Origin: Escherichia coli
Lineage (GTDB): Bacteria; Pseudomonadota; Gammaproteobacteria; Enterobacterales; Enterobacteriaceae
Assembly: GCF_001677475.2 (NCBI RefSeq)
Contig: NZ_CP015229.1
Reading direction: 5' to 3' (one strand)
DNA length: 64,000 nucleotides
Below are positions 48,627 to 61,509 of the stretch, one piece after another. The notes beneath the pieces were generated by a model that saw only the letters and a list, made by a program, of their open reading frames with translations, was not told the origin of the DNA and did not search any database. Numbering within the stretch: the stretch's first letter is position 1; each line of letters opens with the position of its first letter. A program made the translations under genes and the position numbers.

Positions 48627-48634
48627 AAAAAAGA

Positions 48635-48711
48635 TGGTGGCTACGACGGGATTCGAACCTGTGACCCCATCATTATGAGTGATGTGCTCTAACCAACTGA
48701 GCTACGTAGCC
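48635..48711 (-). tRNA. metT: elongator tRNA-Met (anticodon CAU), second copy
   Basis: Identical 77-nt sequence to 48243..48319. Confidence 0.9.
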
Positions 48712-48743
48712 ATCTTTTTTTCGCGATACCTTATCGGCGTTGC

Positions 48744-48800
48744 GGGGCGCATTATGCGTATAGAGCCTTGCAGCGTCAACCTCTTTTTCAAGGAAAATTG
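48744..48800 (-). promoter_or_regulatory. candidate sigma70 stable-RNA promoter of the tRNA operon
   Basis: Minus strand: -35 TTGACG (complement of 48774..48779), 17-bp spacer, -10 CATAAT (complement of 48751..48756), GC-rich discriminator GCGCCCCGC, AT-rich upstream stretch. Confidence 0.55.
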
Positions 48801-49049
48801 CTCGAAAGTGACTGTTTGGTTAGGTTGCGAACAGCGTGGCGCTATATTCGTCAATTATTGTTTACTTTGTGTTTTTTCCCCACCCTACAGCCATTCTTTT
48901 GTCATACAGGATGAAATTCGGAATTCAACAATAGTGGTGGGAAATTAATCTATGAAGTACTGGCCTACAGTGATGAATTGTCAAACAGTGATGTGGCAAA
49001 CCCTGAACATTTCCTTACTGCATATCAGAATCAACAAGCAGCTCAATAA

Positions 49050-49078
49050 CTAAAACAGCCCCGGATTTCTCCGGGGCA
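49050..49078 (-). terminator. Rho-independent terminator after asnB
   Basis: Hairpin gccccgga/tccggggc (49058..49077) followed on the minus strand by UGUUUUA. Confidence 0.65.
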
Positions 49079-49090
49079 GTACCGCATTTC

Positions 49091-50755
49091 TTACTTATAC
49101 GCCGACTGGTGAACACCAACCGCACGACCAGACGGATCGTCCATTTTCTTGAACGCTTCATCCCACTCAATCGCTTTAGCGGAAGAACACGCGACGGAAG
49201 GACCGCCCGGTACGCACTCTGCGGCGCTCGGAAGCGGGAACAGTTCTTCAAAGATCTCCCGGTACAGATACGCTTCTTTGGACGTCGGCGTGTTGTACGG
49301 GAAGCGGAAGCGGGCAGTTTCCAGCTGTTGATCAGAAACCTGCTGCGCCGCCACTTCTTTCAGGGTATCGATCCAACTGTAACCGACGCCATCGGAGAAC
49401 TGCTCTTTCTGCCGCCAGGCCACGCTTGCAGGCAGATACGCTTCAAAACATTCACGCAGGATGTGTTTTTCCATTTTGCCGTTACCGCACATTTTATCCT
49501 GTGGGTTAATGCGCATCGCCACATCAAGGAATTTTTTGTCGAGGAACGGAACGCGTGCTTCCACGCCCCAGGCTGACATCGCTTTGTTGGCACGCGCGCA
49601 GTCATACATATGCAGGGCCAGCAGTTTACGCACCGTCTCTTCATGCAGTTCTTTGGCATTCGGTGCTTTGTGGAAGTAAAGATAACCGCCAAACACTTCA
49701 TCAGAACCTTCACCGGACAGCACCATTTTAATGCCCATCGCTTTGATCTTACGCGACATTAAATACATCGGTGTTGAAGCGCGAATAGTGGTCACATCAT
49801 AGGTTTCGATGTGGTAAATCACGTCGCGGATGGCGTCCAGACCTTCCTGTACAGTGAAGTGAATTTCATGATGCACAGTGCCCAGATGGTTTGCCACTTC
49901 CTGGGCTGCCTTCAGATCCGGTGAACCCGGCAGACCTACAGCAAAGGAGTGCAGCTGCGGCCACCAGGCTTCAGAGCGTTCCTGATCTTCCACGCGACGG
50001 GCGGCGTATTTCTTGGTGATAGCGGAAATGATTGAGGAATCCAGGCCACCAGATAGCAGCACACCGTAAGGCACATCAGACATCAGATGGCTTTTAACGG
50101 AATCTTCCAGTGCCTGACGCAGCTCGTTTTTGTCGGTCACGTTATCTTTCACTGCATCGTAGTCGAACCAGTCGCGGTGATAATAAGAACGGATTTCGCC
50201 GTCCTGACTCCACAAATAGCTCCCCGCCGGGAACTCTTTAATCGTGCGGCATACCGGCACCAGGGCTTTCATTTCTGAGGCCACATACAGCTGACCATGT
50301 TCGTCATAGCCCATATACAGTGGGATGATCCCCAGATGGTCGCGACCAATCAGATACGCATCTTTTTCGCTGTCGTACAGGGCAAAAGCGAACATGCCCT
50401 GCAAATCGTCCAGAAATTCCGGCCCTTTTTCCTGATACAGCGCGAGGATCACTTCACAGTCAGACCCGGTCTGGAACTGGTAACGATCGCCATATTCAGC
50501 GCGCAATGCCTGGTGGTTGTAGATTTCACCGTTTACTGCCAGCACGTGGGTTTTTTGTTGGTTGTAGAGAGGTTGCGCCCCCGCGTTAACGTCAACAATG
50601 GACAGACGTTCGTGGGCGAGAATGGCGTTATCGCTGGCATAAATACCGGACCAGTCCGGGCCACGATGACGCATCAGGCGTGACAGCTCGAGTGCTTTCT
50701 TGCGCAGCTCAACTGCGTCTGTTTTGATATCGAATACGCCAAAAATTGAACACAT
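49091..50755 (-). CDS. asnB: asparagine synthetase B (glutamine-hydrolysing)
   Basis: ORF 49091..50836; start at internal Met gives 554 aa MCSIFGVFDIKTDAVELRKKALE... (N-terminal Cys nucleophile, SGGLDSS). Confidence 0.95.
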   Translation of the reverse strand: MCSIFGVFDIKTDAVELRKKALELSRLMRHRGPDWSGIYASDNAILAHERLSIVDVNAGAQPLYNQQKTHVLAVNGEIYNHQALRAEYGDRYQFQTGSDCEVILALYQEKGPEFLDDLQGMFAFALYDSEKDAYLIGRDHLGIIPLYMGYDEHGQLYVASEMKALVPVCRTIKEFPAGSYLWSQDGEIRSYYHRDWFDYDAVKDNVTDKNELRQALEDSVKSHLMSDVPYGVLLSGGLDSSIISAITKKYAARRVEDQERSEAWWPQLHSFAVGLPGSPDLKAAQEVANHLGTVHHEIHFTVQEGLDAIRDVIYHIETYDVTTIRASTPMYLMSRKIKAMGIKMVLSGEGSDEVFGGYLYFHKAPNAKELHEETVRKLLALHMYDCARANKAMSAWGVEARVPFLDKKFLDVAMRINPQDKMCGNGKMEKHILRECFEAYLPASVAWRQKEQFSDGVGYSWIDTLKEVAAQQVSDQQLETARFRFPYNTPTSKEAYLYREIFEELFPLPSAAECVPGGPSVACSSAKAIEWDEAFKKMDDPSGRAVGVHQSAYK

Positions 50756-51011
50756 AACCTTCTCCGTTAACCTGGTATTTGTTGCTTGTTGTGTTTGCTT
50801 GTTTAAAAAAATGCCGCAAAGCAGCACTGTGCGCAAGCGATTTGGCAGGGGGTAAATAAAAAACGTAATGGTGATTGCTGATTAATGAAAAAGGGTAGGG
50901 TGTGGAGGTGTATTTATTGATGAATCGATAATTTTTGGCGGGTTTTATTGAATGGGTGAATTTTAATGATGGGTAAAAATAAGAAACCACGCCCTGAGGC
51001 GTGGTTGCTAT

Positions 51012-51764
51012 TCAGATAACGTCGATTTCAGCGACTGACGGGTAAATCCAGCTTGGGCGGAACGGCATACTGTCGATATCGTCAAGCGACGAAACACCAG
51101 AGAGCACAAGAATCGTCTCCAGACCGGCCTGGAAGCCCGCCAGAATATCGGTACGCAAGTTATCGCCGACAATCACCGTTTCTTCCGAATGCGCCTGCAT
51201 TTTGTTTAATGCCGCGCGGATGATCCACGGACTCGGCTTTCCAACATAGAACGGTTTGCGCCCGGAGATTTTCTCGATCCCTGCACACAACGCGCCACAG
51301 GCGGGATAAAAACCGCGCCCGTGGGTGTCCGGGTTGGTGGCGATAAAGCGTGCACCGTTAGCGACGAAATAGGCTGCTTTATGCATCATGTCCCAGTTGT
51401 AGGAACGCGTTTCGCCAACAATCACAAAATCAGGGTTCACATCGGTAATAGTGAAACCGGCTTTGTACAGTTCATGAATCAGTGCGCCTTCGCCCACCAC
51501 ATACGCTTTCTTGCCTTCCTGGCGACGCAGGAAATCGGCGGTCGCCATCGCGGAGGTATAAAACACGCTATCCGGTACATCGACACCAGCAGTGGCAAAG
51601 CGGTTCGCCAGATCTTGCCCGGTCTGCGAAGGATAGTTGGTCAGCAACACCAGCGGCAGGCCTTTATCCATAATCCCGTGCAAAAATTCCGCTGCACCCG
51701 GTACGGCGACGTTATCGTGCATCAGCACGCCGTCGATATCGCAAATTACATTTTTAATGGTCAT
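51012..51764 (-). CDS. umpH: UMP phosphatase (HAD family) NagD/UmpH
   Basis: 250-aa ORF MTIKNVICDIDGVLMHDNVAVPGAAEF... (DxDG HAD motif). Confidence 0.95.
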   Translation of the reverse strand: MTIKNVICDIDGVLMHDNVAVPGAAEFLHGIMDKGLPLVLLTNYPSQTGQDLANRFATAGVDVPDSVFYTSAMATADFLRRQEGKKAYVVGEGALIHELYKAGFTITDVNPDFVIVGETRSYNWDMMHKAAYFVANGARFIATNPDTHGRGFYPACGALCAGIEKISGRKPFYVGKPSPWIIRAALNKMQAHSEETVIVGDNLRTDILAGFQAGLETILVLSGVSSLDDIDSMPFRPSWIYPSVAEIDVI

Positions 51765-51811
51765 GGACTACCCAGAATATTGACAACAATAAGCGCCACT
51801 ATAAAAGCATA

Positions 51812-53032
51812 TCAATTTTCCAGCAAATGCTGGAGCAAAATACCGTTGAGCATGGCGCGTTTTACCAGCGCAAAAGCGCCGATTGCCGAGCGGTGATCCA
51901 ACTCAGAACGTACCACCGGTAGATTAGTACGAAACGCCTTCAGCGCCTGGGTATTAATGCAGCTTTCAATAGCAGGGAGCAGCACTTTATCGGCTTCGGT
52001 GATTTCTCCAGCAATAACAATTTTTTGCGGATTAAATAAGTTGATAGCAATGGCGATGGTTTTACCCAGATGACGACCGACATATTCAATCACTTCCGAG
52101 GCCAGGCTATCGCCTTTGTTCGCGGCTTTGCAGATAGTTTTGATGGTGCAGTCGTCCAGTGGCACACGGCTCTGGTAGCCCTGCTTTAATAAATTCAACA
52201 CCCGTTGTTCAATGGCAGCGTTGGCAGCGATAGTTTCCAGGCAGCCGAAGTTGCCACAGTGGCAGCGTTCTCCCAGCGGTTCAACCTGAATATGACCAAT
52301 TTCACCGACGTTGCCGTTGCGGCCGATAAAAATGCGCCCGTTAGAGATGATTCCAGCCCCCGTTCCGCGATGCACGCGCACCAGAATGGAGTCTTCGCAA
52401 TCCTGACTTGCACCGAAGTAGTGCTCTGCCAGCGCCAGACTGCGGATATCGTGGCCGACAAAACAGGTCACTTTAAAACGCTCTTCCAATGCTTCTACCA
52501 GCCCCCAGTTTTCTACCTGAATATGCGGCATGTAATGAATTTTGCCGCTGTCCGGGTCAACAAGTCCTGGCAGGATCACGGAAATGGCGATCAGCTCGCG
52601 CAGCTTGCGCTGGTAGCTATCAATAAACTGAGCAATGGCGTTAAGCAGGGCATGTTCCAGCGTCTGCTGGGTACGTTCCGGCAGCGGGTAATGTTCTTCT
52701 GCCAGCACTTTGCTACTGAGATCAAACAAGGTGATGGTGGCGTCGTGACGACCAAGCCGTACGCCGATTGCGTGGAAATTGCGGGTTTCGGTGACGATGG
52801 AGATAGCGCGGCGGCCCCCGGTGGAGGCCTGCTGATCAACTTCTTTGATCAGCCCGCGTTCGATAAGCTGACGCGTAATTTTGGTTACGCTGGCGGGGGC
52901 AAGCTGACTTTGCTCGGCAATCTGAATCCGCGAGATTGGCCCATACTGGTCAATCAGGCGATAAACCGCCGCGCTGTTAAGCTGTTTTACGAGATCAACA
53001 TTACCTATCTGAGCTTGTCCGCCTGGTGTCAT
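51812..53032 (-). CDS. nagC: N-acetylglucosamine repressor NagC (ROK family)
   Basis: 406-aa ORF with N-terminal HTH and ROK Cys/His cluster (CHCGNFGCLE). Confidence 0.95.
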   Translation of the reverse strand: MTPGGQAQIGNVDLVKQLNSAAVYRLIDQYGPISRIQIAEQSQLAPASVTKITRQLIERGLIKEVDQQASTGGRRAISIVTETRNFHAIGVRLGRHDATITLFDLSSKVLAEEHYPLPERTQQTLEHALLNAIAQFIDSYQRKLRELIAISVILPGLVDPDSGKIHYMPHIQVENWGLVEALEERFKVTCFVGHDIRSLALAEHYFGASQDCEDSILVRVHRGTGAGIISNGRIFIGRNGNVGEIGHIQVEPLGERCHCGNFGCLETIAANAAIEQRVLNLLKQGYQSRVPLDDCTIKTICKAANKGDSLASEVIEYVGRHLGKTIAIAINLFNPQKIVIAGEITEADKVLLPAIESCINTQALKAFRTNLPVVRSELDHRSAIGAFALVKRAMLNGILLQHLLEN

Positions 53033-53040
53033 ACTTTCTC

Positions 53041-55049
<2,009 letters not shown>

Positions 55050-55381
55050 TATTCACCTCAATAAGTAAAATGTAAGCCGTTGGCGGATTAGGCATCTTTA
55101 AGCGTAACCTAGATTTGCGCAGACAGGCGTCAATCCGACCTGATTTTTTGAATGATAAAATAAGTTTTCTGGTTTAGCCAGTAAAAGGGAGTGATGATAA
55201 CGATATTTGGTGACAAAACTCACAAAAGACACGCGTTTAATTTGCGATACGAATTAAATTTTCACACACTCTGTAGCAGATGATCTAACAATCTGATTAC
55301 AGAACATCGGCAGTACAATTTGCAGCAAAATAAAAATACGGCTTTAAACGAGCCAAATAGGGTTCTCGTAGGGGGAATAAG
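55050..55381. promoter_or_regulatory. divergent nagB / nagE promoter region (NagC and CRP control in E. coli)
   Basis: 332-bp AT-rich spacer between divergent nagB and nagE; individual operator sites not resolved here. Confidence 0.5.
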
Positions 55382-57328
55382 ATGAATATTTTAGGTTTTT
55401 TCCAGCGACTCGGTAGGGCGTTACAGCTCCCTATCGCGGTGCTGCCGGTGGCGGCGCTGTTGCTGCGATTCGGTCAGCCAGATTTACTTAACGTTGCGTT
55501 TATTGCCCAGGCGGGCGGTGCGATTTTTGATAACCTCGCATTAATCTTCGCCATCGGTGTGGCATCCAGCTGGTCGAAAGACAGCGCAGGTGCGGCGGCG
55601 CTGGCGGGTGCGGTAGGTTACTTTGTGTTAACCAAAGCGATGGTGACCATCAACCCAGAAATTAACATGGGTGTACTGGCGGGTATCATTACCGGTCTGG
55701 TTGGTGGCGCAGCTTATAACCGTTGGTCCGATATTAAACTGCCGGACTTCCTGAGTTTCTTCGGCGGCAAACGCTTTGTGCCGATTGCCACCGGCTTCTT
55801 CTGCCTGGTGCTGGCGGCCATTTTTGGTTACGTCTGGCCGCCGGTACAGCACGCTATCCATGCAGGCGGCGAGTGGATCGTTTCTGCGGGCGCGCTGGGT
55901 TCCGGTATCTTTGGTTTCATCAACCGTCTGCTTATCCCAACCGGTCTGCATCAGGTACTGAACACCATCGCCTGGTTCCAGATTGGTGAATTCACCAACG
56001 CGGCGGGTACGGTTTTCCACGGTGACATCAACCGCTTCTATGCCGGTGACGGCACCGCGGGGATGTTCATGTCCGGCTTCTTCCCGATCATGATGTTCGG
56101 TCTGCCGGGTGCGGCGCTGGCGATGTACTTTGCAGCACCGAAAGAGCGTCGTCCGATGGTTGGCGGTATGCTGCTTTCTGTTGCTGTTACTGCGTTCCTG
56201 ACCGGTGTGACTGAGCCGCTGGAATTCCTGTTCATGTTCCTTGCGCCGCTGCTGTACCTCCTGCACGCACTGCTGACCGGTATCAGCCTGTTTGTGGCAA
56301 CGCTGCTGGGTATCCACGCGGGCTTCTCCTTCTCTGCGGGGGCTATCGACTACGCGTTGATGTATAACCTGCCGGCCGCCAGCCAGAACGTCTGGATGCT
56401 GCTGGTGATGGGGGTTGTCTTCTTCGCTATCTACTTCGTGGTGTTCAGTTTGGTTATCCGCATGTTCAACCTGAAAACGCCGGGTCGTGAAGATAAAGAA
56501 GACGAGATCGTTACTGAAGAGGCTAACAGCAATACTGAAGAAGGTCTCAATCAACTGGCAACCAACTATATTGCTGCGGTTGGCGGTACTGACAACCTGA
56601 AAGCAATTGACGCCTGTATTACTCGTCTGCGCCTGACCGTGGTTGACTCGGCTCGCGTCAACGATGCGATGTGTAAACGGCTGGGTGCTTCTGGGGTAGT
56701 GAAACTGAACAAACAGACTATTCAGGTGATTGTTGGCGCGAAAGCGGAATCCATTGGCGATGCAATGAAGAAAGTTGTTGCCCGTGGTCCGGTAGCCGCT
56801 GCGTCAGCTGAAACTGCGCCTGCAACTGCCGCGCCTGTAGCAAAACCGCAGGCTGTACCAAACGCGGTGTCTATCGCGGAGCTGGTATCGCCGATTACCG
56901 GTGATGTTGTGGCACTGGATCAGGTTCCTGACGAAGCATTCGCCAGCAAAGCGGTGGGTGACGGTGTGGCGGTGAAACCGACAGATAAAATCGTCGTATC
57001 ACCAGCCGCAGGGACAATCGTGAAAATCTTCAATACCAACCACGCGTTCTGCCTGGAAACCGAAAAAGGCGCGGAGATCGTCGTCCATATGGGTATCGAC
57101 ACCGTAGCGCTGGAAGGTAAAGGCTTTAAACGTCTGGTGGAAGAGGGCGCGCAAGTAAGCGCAGGGCAACCGATTCTGGAAATGGATCTGGATTATCTGA
57201 ACGAAAACGCCCGCTCGATGATTAGCCCGGTGGTTTGCAGCAATATCGACGATTTCAGCGGCTTGATCATTAAAGCTCAGGGCCATGTCGTGGCGGGTCA
57301 AACGCCGCTGTATGAAATCAAAAAGTAA
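55382..57328 (+). CDS. nagE: PTS N-acetylglucosamine-specific EIICBA component
   Basis: 648-aa ORF MNILGFFQRLGRALQLPIAVLPVAALLLRFG...; EIIB Cys (ITRLRL) and C-terminal EIIA domain. Confidence 0.95.
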   Translation: MNILGFFQRLGRALQLPIAVLPVAALLLRFGQPDLLNVAFIAQAGGAIFDNLALIFAIGVASSWSKDSAGAAALAGAVGYFVLTKAMVTINPEINMGVLAGIITGLVGGAAYNRWSDIKLPDFLSFFGGKRFVPIATGFFCLVLAAIFGYVWPPVQHAIHAGGEWIVSAGALGSGIFGFINRLLIPTGLHQVLNTIAWFQIGEFTNAAGTVFHGDINRFYAGDGTAGMFMSGFFPIMMFGLPGAALAMYFAAPKERRPMVGGMLLSVAVTAFLTGVTEPLEFLFMFLAPLLYLLHALLTGISLFVATLLGIHAGFSFSAGAIDYALMYNLPAASQNVWMLLVMGVVFFAIYFVVFSLVIRMFNLKTPGREDKEDEIVTEEANSNTEEGLNQLATNYIAAVGGTDNLKAIDACITRLRLTVVDSARVNDAMCKRLGASGVVKLNKQTIQVIVGAKAESIGDAMKKVVARGPVAAASAETAPATAAPVAKPQAVPNAVSIAELVSPITGDVVALDQVPDEAFASKAVGDGVAVKPTDKIVVSPAAGTIVKIFNTNHAFCLETEKGAEIVVHMGIDTVALEGKGFKRLVEEGAQVSAGQPILEMDLDYLNENARSMISPVVCSNIDDFSGLIIKAQGHVVAGQTPLYEIKK

Positions 57329-57375
57329 TCTGCTTTATGCCTGATGCGACGCTTGAGCGTCGCATCCAACAATGA

Positions 57376-57411
57376 CAAGCGGTGGAGATCTTCTCTGCCG
57401 CTTTTTTTTTC
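57376..57411 (+). terminator. Rho-independent terminator after nagE
   Basis: GC hairpin followed by T9 (gccgcttttttttt); a REP-like palindrome gcctgatgcgacgcttgagcgtcgcatc lies just upstream. Confidence 0.65.
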
Positions 57412-57530
57412 ATCAATCATCCCCATAATCTCAGTGAGATTTTCGATTTTCACTAACTAACAGTTGTCAGCCTGTCCCGCTTATAAGATCATACGCCGTT
57501 ATACGTTGTTTACGCTTTGAGGAATCCACG

Positions 57531-59195
57531 ATGAGTGAGGCAGAAGCCCGCCCGACTAACTTTATTCGTCAGATCATCGATGAAGATCTGGCCAGTGGTA
57601 AGCACACCACAGTACACACCCGTTTCCCGCCGGAGCCGAATGGCTATCTGCATATTGGCCATGCGAAATCTATCTGCCTGAACTTCGGGATCGCCCAGGA
57701 CTATAAAGGCCAGTGCAACCTGCGTTTCGACGACACTAACCCGGTAAAAGAAGATATCGAGTATGTTGAGTCGATCAAAAACGACGTTGAGTGGTTAGGT
57801 TTTCACTGGTCTGGTAACGTCCGTTACTCCTCCGATTATTTTGATCAGCTCCACGCCTATGCGATCGAACTGATCAATAAAGGCCTGGCGTACGTTGATG
57901 AACTGACACCGGAACAGATCCGCGAATACCGCGGCACCCTGACGCAGCCGGGTAAAAACAGCCCGTACCGCGACCGCAGCGTTGAAGAGAACCTGGCGCT
58001 GTTCGAAAAAATGCGTACCGGTGGTTTTGAAGAAGGTAAAGCCTGCCTGCGTGCGAAAATCGACATGGCGTCGCCATTTATCGTAATGCGCGATCCGGTG
58101 CTGTACCGCATTAAATTTGCTGAACACCACCAGACTGGCAACAAGTGGTGCATCTACCCGATGTACGACTTCACCCATTGCATCAGCGATGCGCTGGAAG
58201 GTATTACGCACTCTCTGTGTACGCTTGAGTTCCAGGACAACCGTCGCCTGTACGATTGGGTGCTGGACAACATCACCATTCCTGTTCACCCGCGCCAGTA
58301 CGAATTCTCGCGCCTGAATCTGGAATACACTGTGATGTCCAAGCGTAAGCTGAACCTGCTGGTGACCGACAAGCACGTTGAAGGCTGGGATGACCCGCGT
58401 ATGCCGACCATTTCCGGTCTGCGTCGTCGTGGTTACACTGCGGCTTCTATTCGTGAGTTCTGCAAACGCATCGGCGTGACCAAGCAGGACAACACCATTG
58501 AAATGGCGTCGCTGGAATCCTGCATCCGTGAAGATCTCAACGAAAACGCCCCGCGCGCAATGGCGGTTATCGATCCGGTGAAACTGGTTATCGAAAACTA
58601 TCAGGGCGAAGGCGAAATGGTCACCATGCCGAACCATCCGAACAAACCGGAAATGGGGAGCCGTCAGGTGCCGTTTAGCGGTGAGATTTGGATCGATCGC
58701 GCCGATTTCCGCGAAGAAGCTAACAAGCAGTACAAACGTCTGGTGCTGGGTAAAGAAGTGCGTCTGCGTAATGCTTACGTCATTAAGGCTGAACGCGTGG
58801 AGAAAGATGCCGAAGGCAATATCACCACCATCTTCTGTACTTATGACGCCGACACCTTAAGCAAAGATCCGGCAGATGGTCGTAAAGTGAAAGGCGTTAT
58901 TCACTGGGTGAGCGCGGCACATGCGCTGCCGGTTGAAATCCGTTTGTATGATCGTCTGTTCAGCGTGCCTAACCCAGGTGCTGCGGATGATTTCCTGTCG
59001 GTGATTAACCCGGAATCGCTGGTGATCAAACAGGGCTTTGCTGAACCGTCGCTGAAAGATGCGGTTGCGGGTAAAGCATTCCAGTTTGAGCGTGAAGGTT
59101 ACTTCTGCCTCGACAGCCGCCATTCCACTGCCGAAAAACCGGTATTTAACCGCACCGTTGGGCTGCGTGATACCTGGGCGAAAGTAGGCGAGTAA
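57531..59195 (+). CDS. glnS: glutamine--tRNA ligase
   Basis: 554-aa [50 protein letters not shown]... (HIGH and VMSKR motifs). Confidence 0.95.
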   Translation: MSEAEARPTNFIRQIIDEDLASGKHTTVHTRFPPEPNGYLHIGHAKSICLNFGIAQDYKGQCNLRFDDTNPVKEDIEYVESIKNDVEWLGFHWSGNVRYSSDYFDQLHAYAIELINKGLAYVDELTPEQIREYRGTLTQPGKNSPYRDRSVEENLALFEKMRTGGFEEGKACLRAKIDMASPFIVMRDPVLYRIKFAEHHQTGNKWCIYPMYDFTHCISDALEGITHSLCTLEFQDNRRLYDWVLDNITIPVHPRQYEFSRLNLEYTVMSKRKLNLLVTDKHVEGWDDPRMPTISGLRRRGYTAASIREFCKRIGVTKQDNTIEMASLESCIREDLNENAPRAMAVIDPVKLVIENYQGEGEMVTMPNHPNKPEMGSRQVPFSGEIWIDRADFREEANKQYKRLVLGKEVRLRNAYVIKAERVEKDAEGNITTIFCTYDADTLSKDPADGRKVKGVIHWVSAAHALPVEIRLYDRLFSVPNPGAADDFLSVINPESLVIKQGFAEPSLKDAVAGKAFQFEREGYFCLDSRHSTAEKPVFNRTVGLRDTWAKVGE

Positions 59196-59261
59196 TTTTA
59201 AGTTCTACCAGGCCGGGTGAGGCGTTTACGCCGCATCCGGCATGAAACATGCAAACAATCC

Positions 59262-59290
59262 AAAACGCCGCGCTCTGCGGCGTTTTTTTC
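59262..59290 (+). terminator. Rho-independent terminator after glnS
   Basis: aacgccgcgctctgcggcgttttttt; preceded by a REP-like unit ggcgtttacgccgcatccggca. Confidence 0.7.
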
Positions 59291-59643
59291 TGCTTTTCTT
59301 CGCGAATTAATTCCGCTTCGCAATTTATCCATAAAACAAATTTAAAATCACAAGCCATAATTAAATAAAATGTAACCGCTTTCATCTTGCTGGAATTTCA
59401 CGCTTTTATTCTTCTGCAAGCCTTTCAACTGCAAACTTAAGCCTTGTAACAAAAATCATCAAAATATGTGCGGTTGCTCATGTTCTTACATTCTGGTTAC
59501 AGAAAGAGATTGATAATTCGCGTCGCGAAAAATAGTCTGTTCCTGTAGTCAGCGAGACTTTTCTCAACGCTACTTTTTTAATTTTTATTTTTTTCGCTGT
59601 TCACCTTTGGTGCAGCAATTTATACGTCAAAGAGGATTAACCC

Positions 59644-61050
59644 ATGCGTACGTTTAGTGGCAAACGTAGTACGCTGGCGCTGGCTATCGCCGGTGTTACA
59701 GCAATGTCGGGCTTTATGGCAATGCCGGAGGCTCGCGCCGAAGGATTCATCGACGATTCAACCTTAACCGGCGGTATCTATTACTGGCAGCGTGAACGCG
59801 ACCGTAAAGATGTTACCGACGGCGACAAATACAAAACCAACCTTTCTCACTCCACCTGGAACGCCAACCTCGATTTTCAGTCTGGTTATGCTGCTGATAT
59901 GTTCGGCCTTGATATTGCTGCGTTTACGGCGATTGAAATGGCGGAAAACGGTGACAGCTCTCACCCGAACGAAATCGCGTTTTCAAAAAGCAATAAAGCC
60001 TATGACGAAGACTGGTCCGGCGACAAAAGCGGTATAAGCCTGTATAAAGCAGCGGCCAAATTTAAATACGGTCCGGTGTGGGCGAGGGCAGGTTACATTC
60101 AGCCAACTGGTCAGACGCTGTTAGCGCCGCACTGGAGCTTCATGCCGGGTACTTATCAGGGGGCGGAAGCCGGGGCGAATTTTGATTACGGCGATGCTGG
60201 TGCGTTGAGTTTCTCCTACATGTGGACCAACGAATACAAAGCACCGTGGCATCTGGAAATGGATGAGTTTTATCAGAACGATAAAACCACCAAAGTTGAT
60301 TATCTGCACTCCCTTGGGGCGAAATACGACTTCAAAAATAACTTCGTACTGGAAGCGGCATTTGGTCAGGCGGAAGGGTATATCGATCAATATTTTGCCA
60401 AAGCCAGCTACAAATTTGATATCGCCGGTAGCCCGTTAACCACCAGCTACCAGTTCTATGGTACGCGCGATAAAGTTGACGATCGCAGCGTCAACGATCT
60501 TTATGACGGCACCGCCTGGCTGCAAGCGTTGACCTTTGGTTACCGGGCGGCTGACGTAGTGGATTTGCGCCTCGAAGGCACCTGGGTTAAGGCTGACGGT
60601 CAGCAGGGATACTTCCTGCAACGTATGACTCCAACCTACGCTTCCTCGAACGGTCGCCTGGATATCTGGTGGGATAACCGTTCCGACTTCAACGCTAACG
60701 GCGAAAAAGCGGTCTTCTTCGGTGCGATGTATGACCTGAAAAACTGGAATCTTCCAGGCTTCGCCATCGGCGCTTCCTACGTTTACGCATGGGATGCTAA
60801 ACCTGCGACCTGGCAGAGCAATCCGGATGCGTACTACGACAAAAACCGGACTATTGAAGAGTCTGCCTACAGCCTGGATGCGGTGTACACCATTCAGGAC
60901 GGTCGCGCCAAAGGCACGATGTTCAAACTGCACTTCACCGAATACGACAACCACTCCGACATCCCAAGCTGGGGCGGTGGTTACGGCAACATCTTCCAGG
61001 ATGAGCGTGACGTGAAATTTATGGTAATCGCACCATTCACCATCTTCTGA
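59644..61050 (+). CDS. chiP: chitoporin ChiP (YbfM), outer-membrane porin
   Basis: 468-aa ORF with signal peptide [32 protein letters not shown] and C-terminal aromatic residue (F). Confidence 0.9.
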   Translation: MRTFSGKRSTLALAIAGVTAMSGFMAMPEARAEGFIDDSTLTGGIYYWQRERDRKDVTDGDKYKTNLSHSTWNANLDFQSGYAADMFGLDIAAFTAIEMAENGDSSHPNEIAFSKSNKAYDEDWSGDKSGISLYKAAAKFKYGPVWARAGYIQPTGQTLLAPHWSFMPGTYQGAEAGANFDYGDAGALSFSYMWTNEYKAPWHLEMDEFYQNDKTTKVDYLHSLGAKYDFKNNFVLEAAFGQAEGYIDQYFAKASYKFDIAGSPLTTSYQFYGTRDKVDDRSVNDLYDGTAWLQALTFGYRAADVVDLRLEGTWVKADGQQGYFLQRMTPTYASSNGRLDIWWDNRSDFNANGEKAVFFGAMYDLKNWNLPGFAIGASYVYAWDAKPATWQSNPDAYYDKNRTIEESAYSLDAVYTIQDGRAKGTMFKLHFTEYDNHSDIPSWGGGYGNIFQDERDVKFMVIAPFTIF

Positions 61051-61099
61051 TGCCCGACGCGGCAGGTTTTGTGCCTGCCGCACGTTTGAGGAATTTGCT

Positions 61100-61426
61100 A
61101 TGAAAAAACTGATTCTCATCGCCATAATGGCATCGGGGCTGGTAGCTTGTGCGCAATCAACCGCGCCACAGGAAGACAGTCGTCTGAAAGAGGCATACAG
61201 CGCCTGTATCAACACCGCACAAGGTTCGCCAGAAAAAATTGAAGCCTGCCAGAGCGTGTTAAACGTGCTGAAGAAAGAGAAACAACATCAGCAGTTTGCC
61301 GACCAGGAAAGTGTCCGCGTACTGGATTATCAGCAGTGTCTGCGCGCAACGCAAACCGGAAATGATCAGGCGGTGAAAGCCGATTGTGATAAGGTCTGGC
61401 AGGAAATTCGCAGTAATAACAAATAA
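61100..61426 (+). CDS. chiQ: lipoprotein ChiQ (YbfN)
   Basis: 108-aa ORF MKKLILIAIMASGLVACAQST... (lipobox LVAC). Confidence 0.85.
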   Translation: MKKLILIAIMASGLVACAQSTAPQEDSRLKEAYSACINTAQGSPEKIEACQSVLNVLKKEKQHQQFADQESVRVLDYQQCLRATQTGNDQAVKADCDKVWQEIRSNNK

Positions 61427-61465
61427 GTGAGAGCTGTAACTCTCGCTTTTCTTATTTCCCTTATA

Positions 61466-61496
61466 TAAAAAAGCCAACCCGCAGGTTGGCTTTTCT
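61466..61496. terminator. bidirectional Rho-independent terminator between chiQ and fur
   Basis: aaaaaagccaacccgcaggttggctttt: perfect hairpin flanked by A- and T-runs. Confidence 0.75.
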
Positions 61497-61509
61497 CGTT
61501 CAGGCTGGC

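Noticed and set aside
48008-48711. Possible CRISPR-like array suggested by regularly spaced near-identical ~75-bp units
   Set aside because: The repeated units fold as tRNAs with CCA ends and proper anticodon loops; no cas genes or short uniform spacers.
55628-56554. 308-codon minus-strand ORF
   Set aside because: Antisense to nagE; Arg/His/Gln-rich low-complexity translation; nagE is unambiguous.
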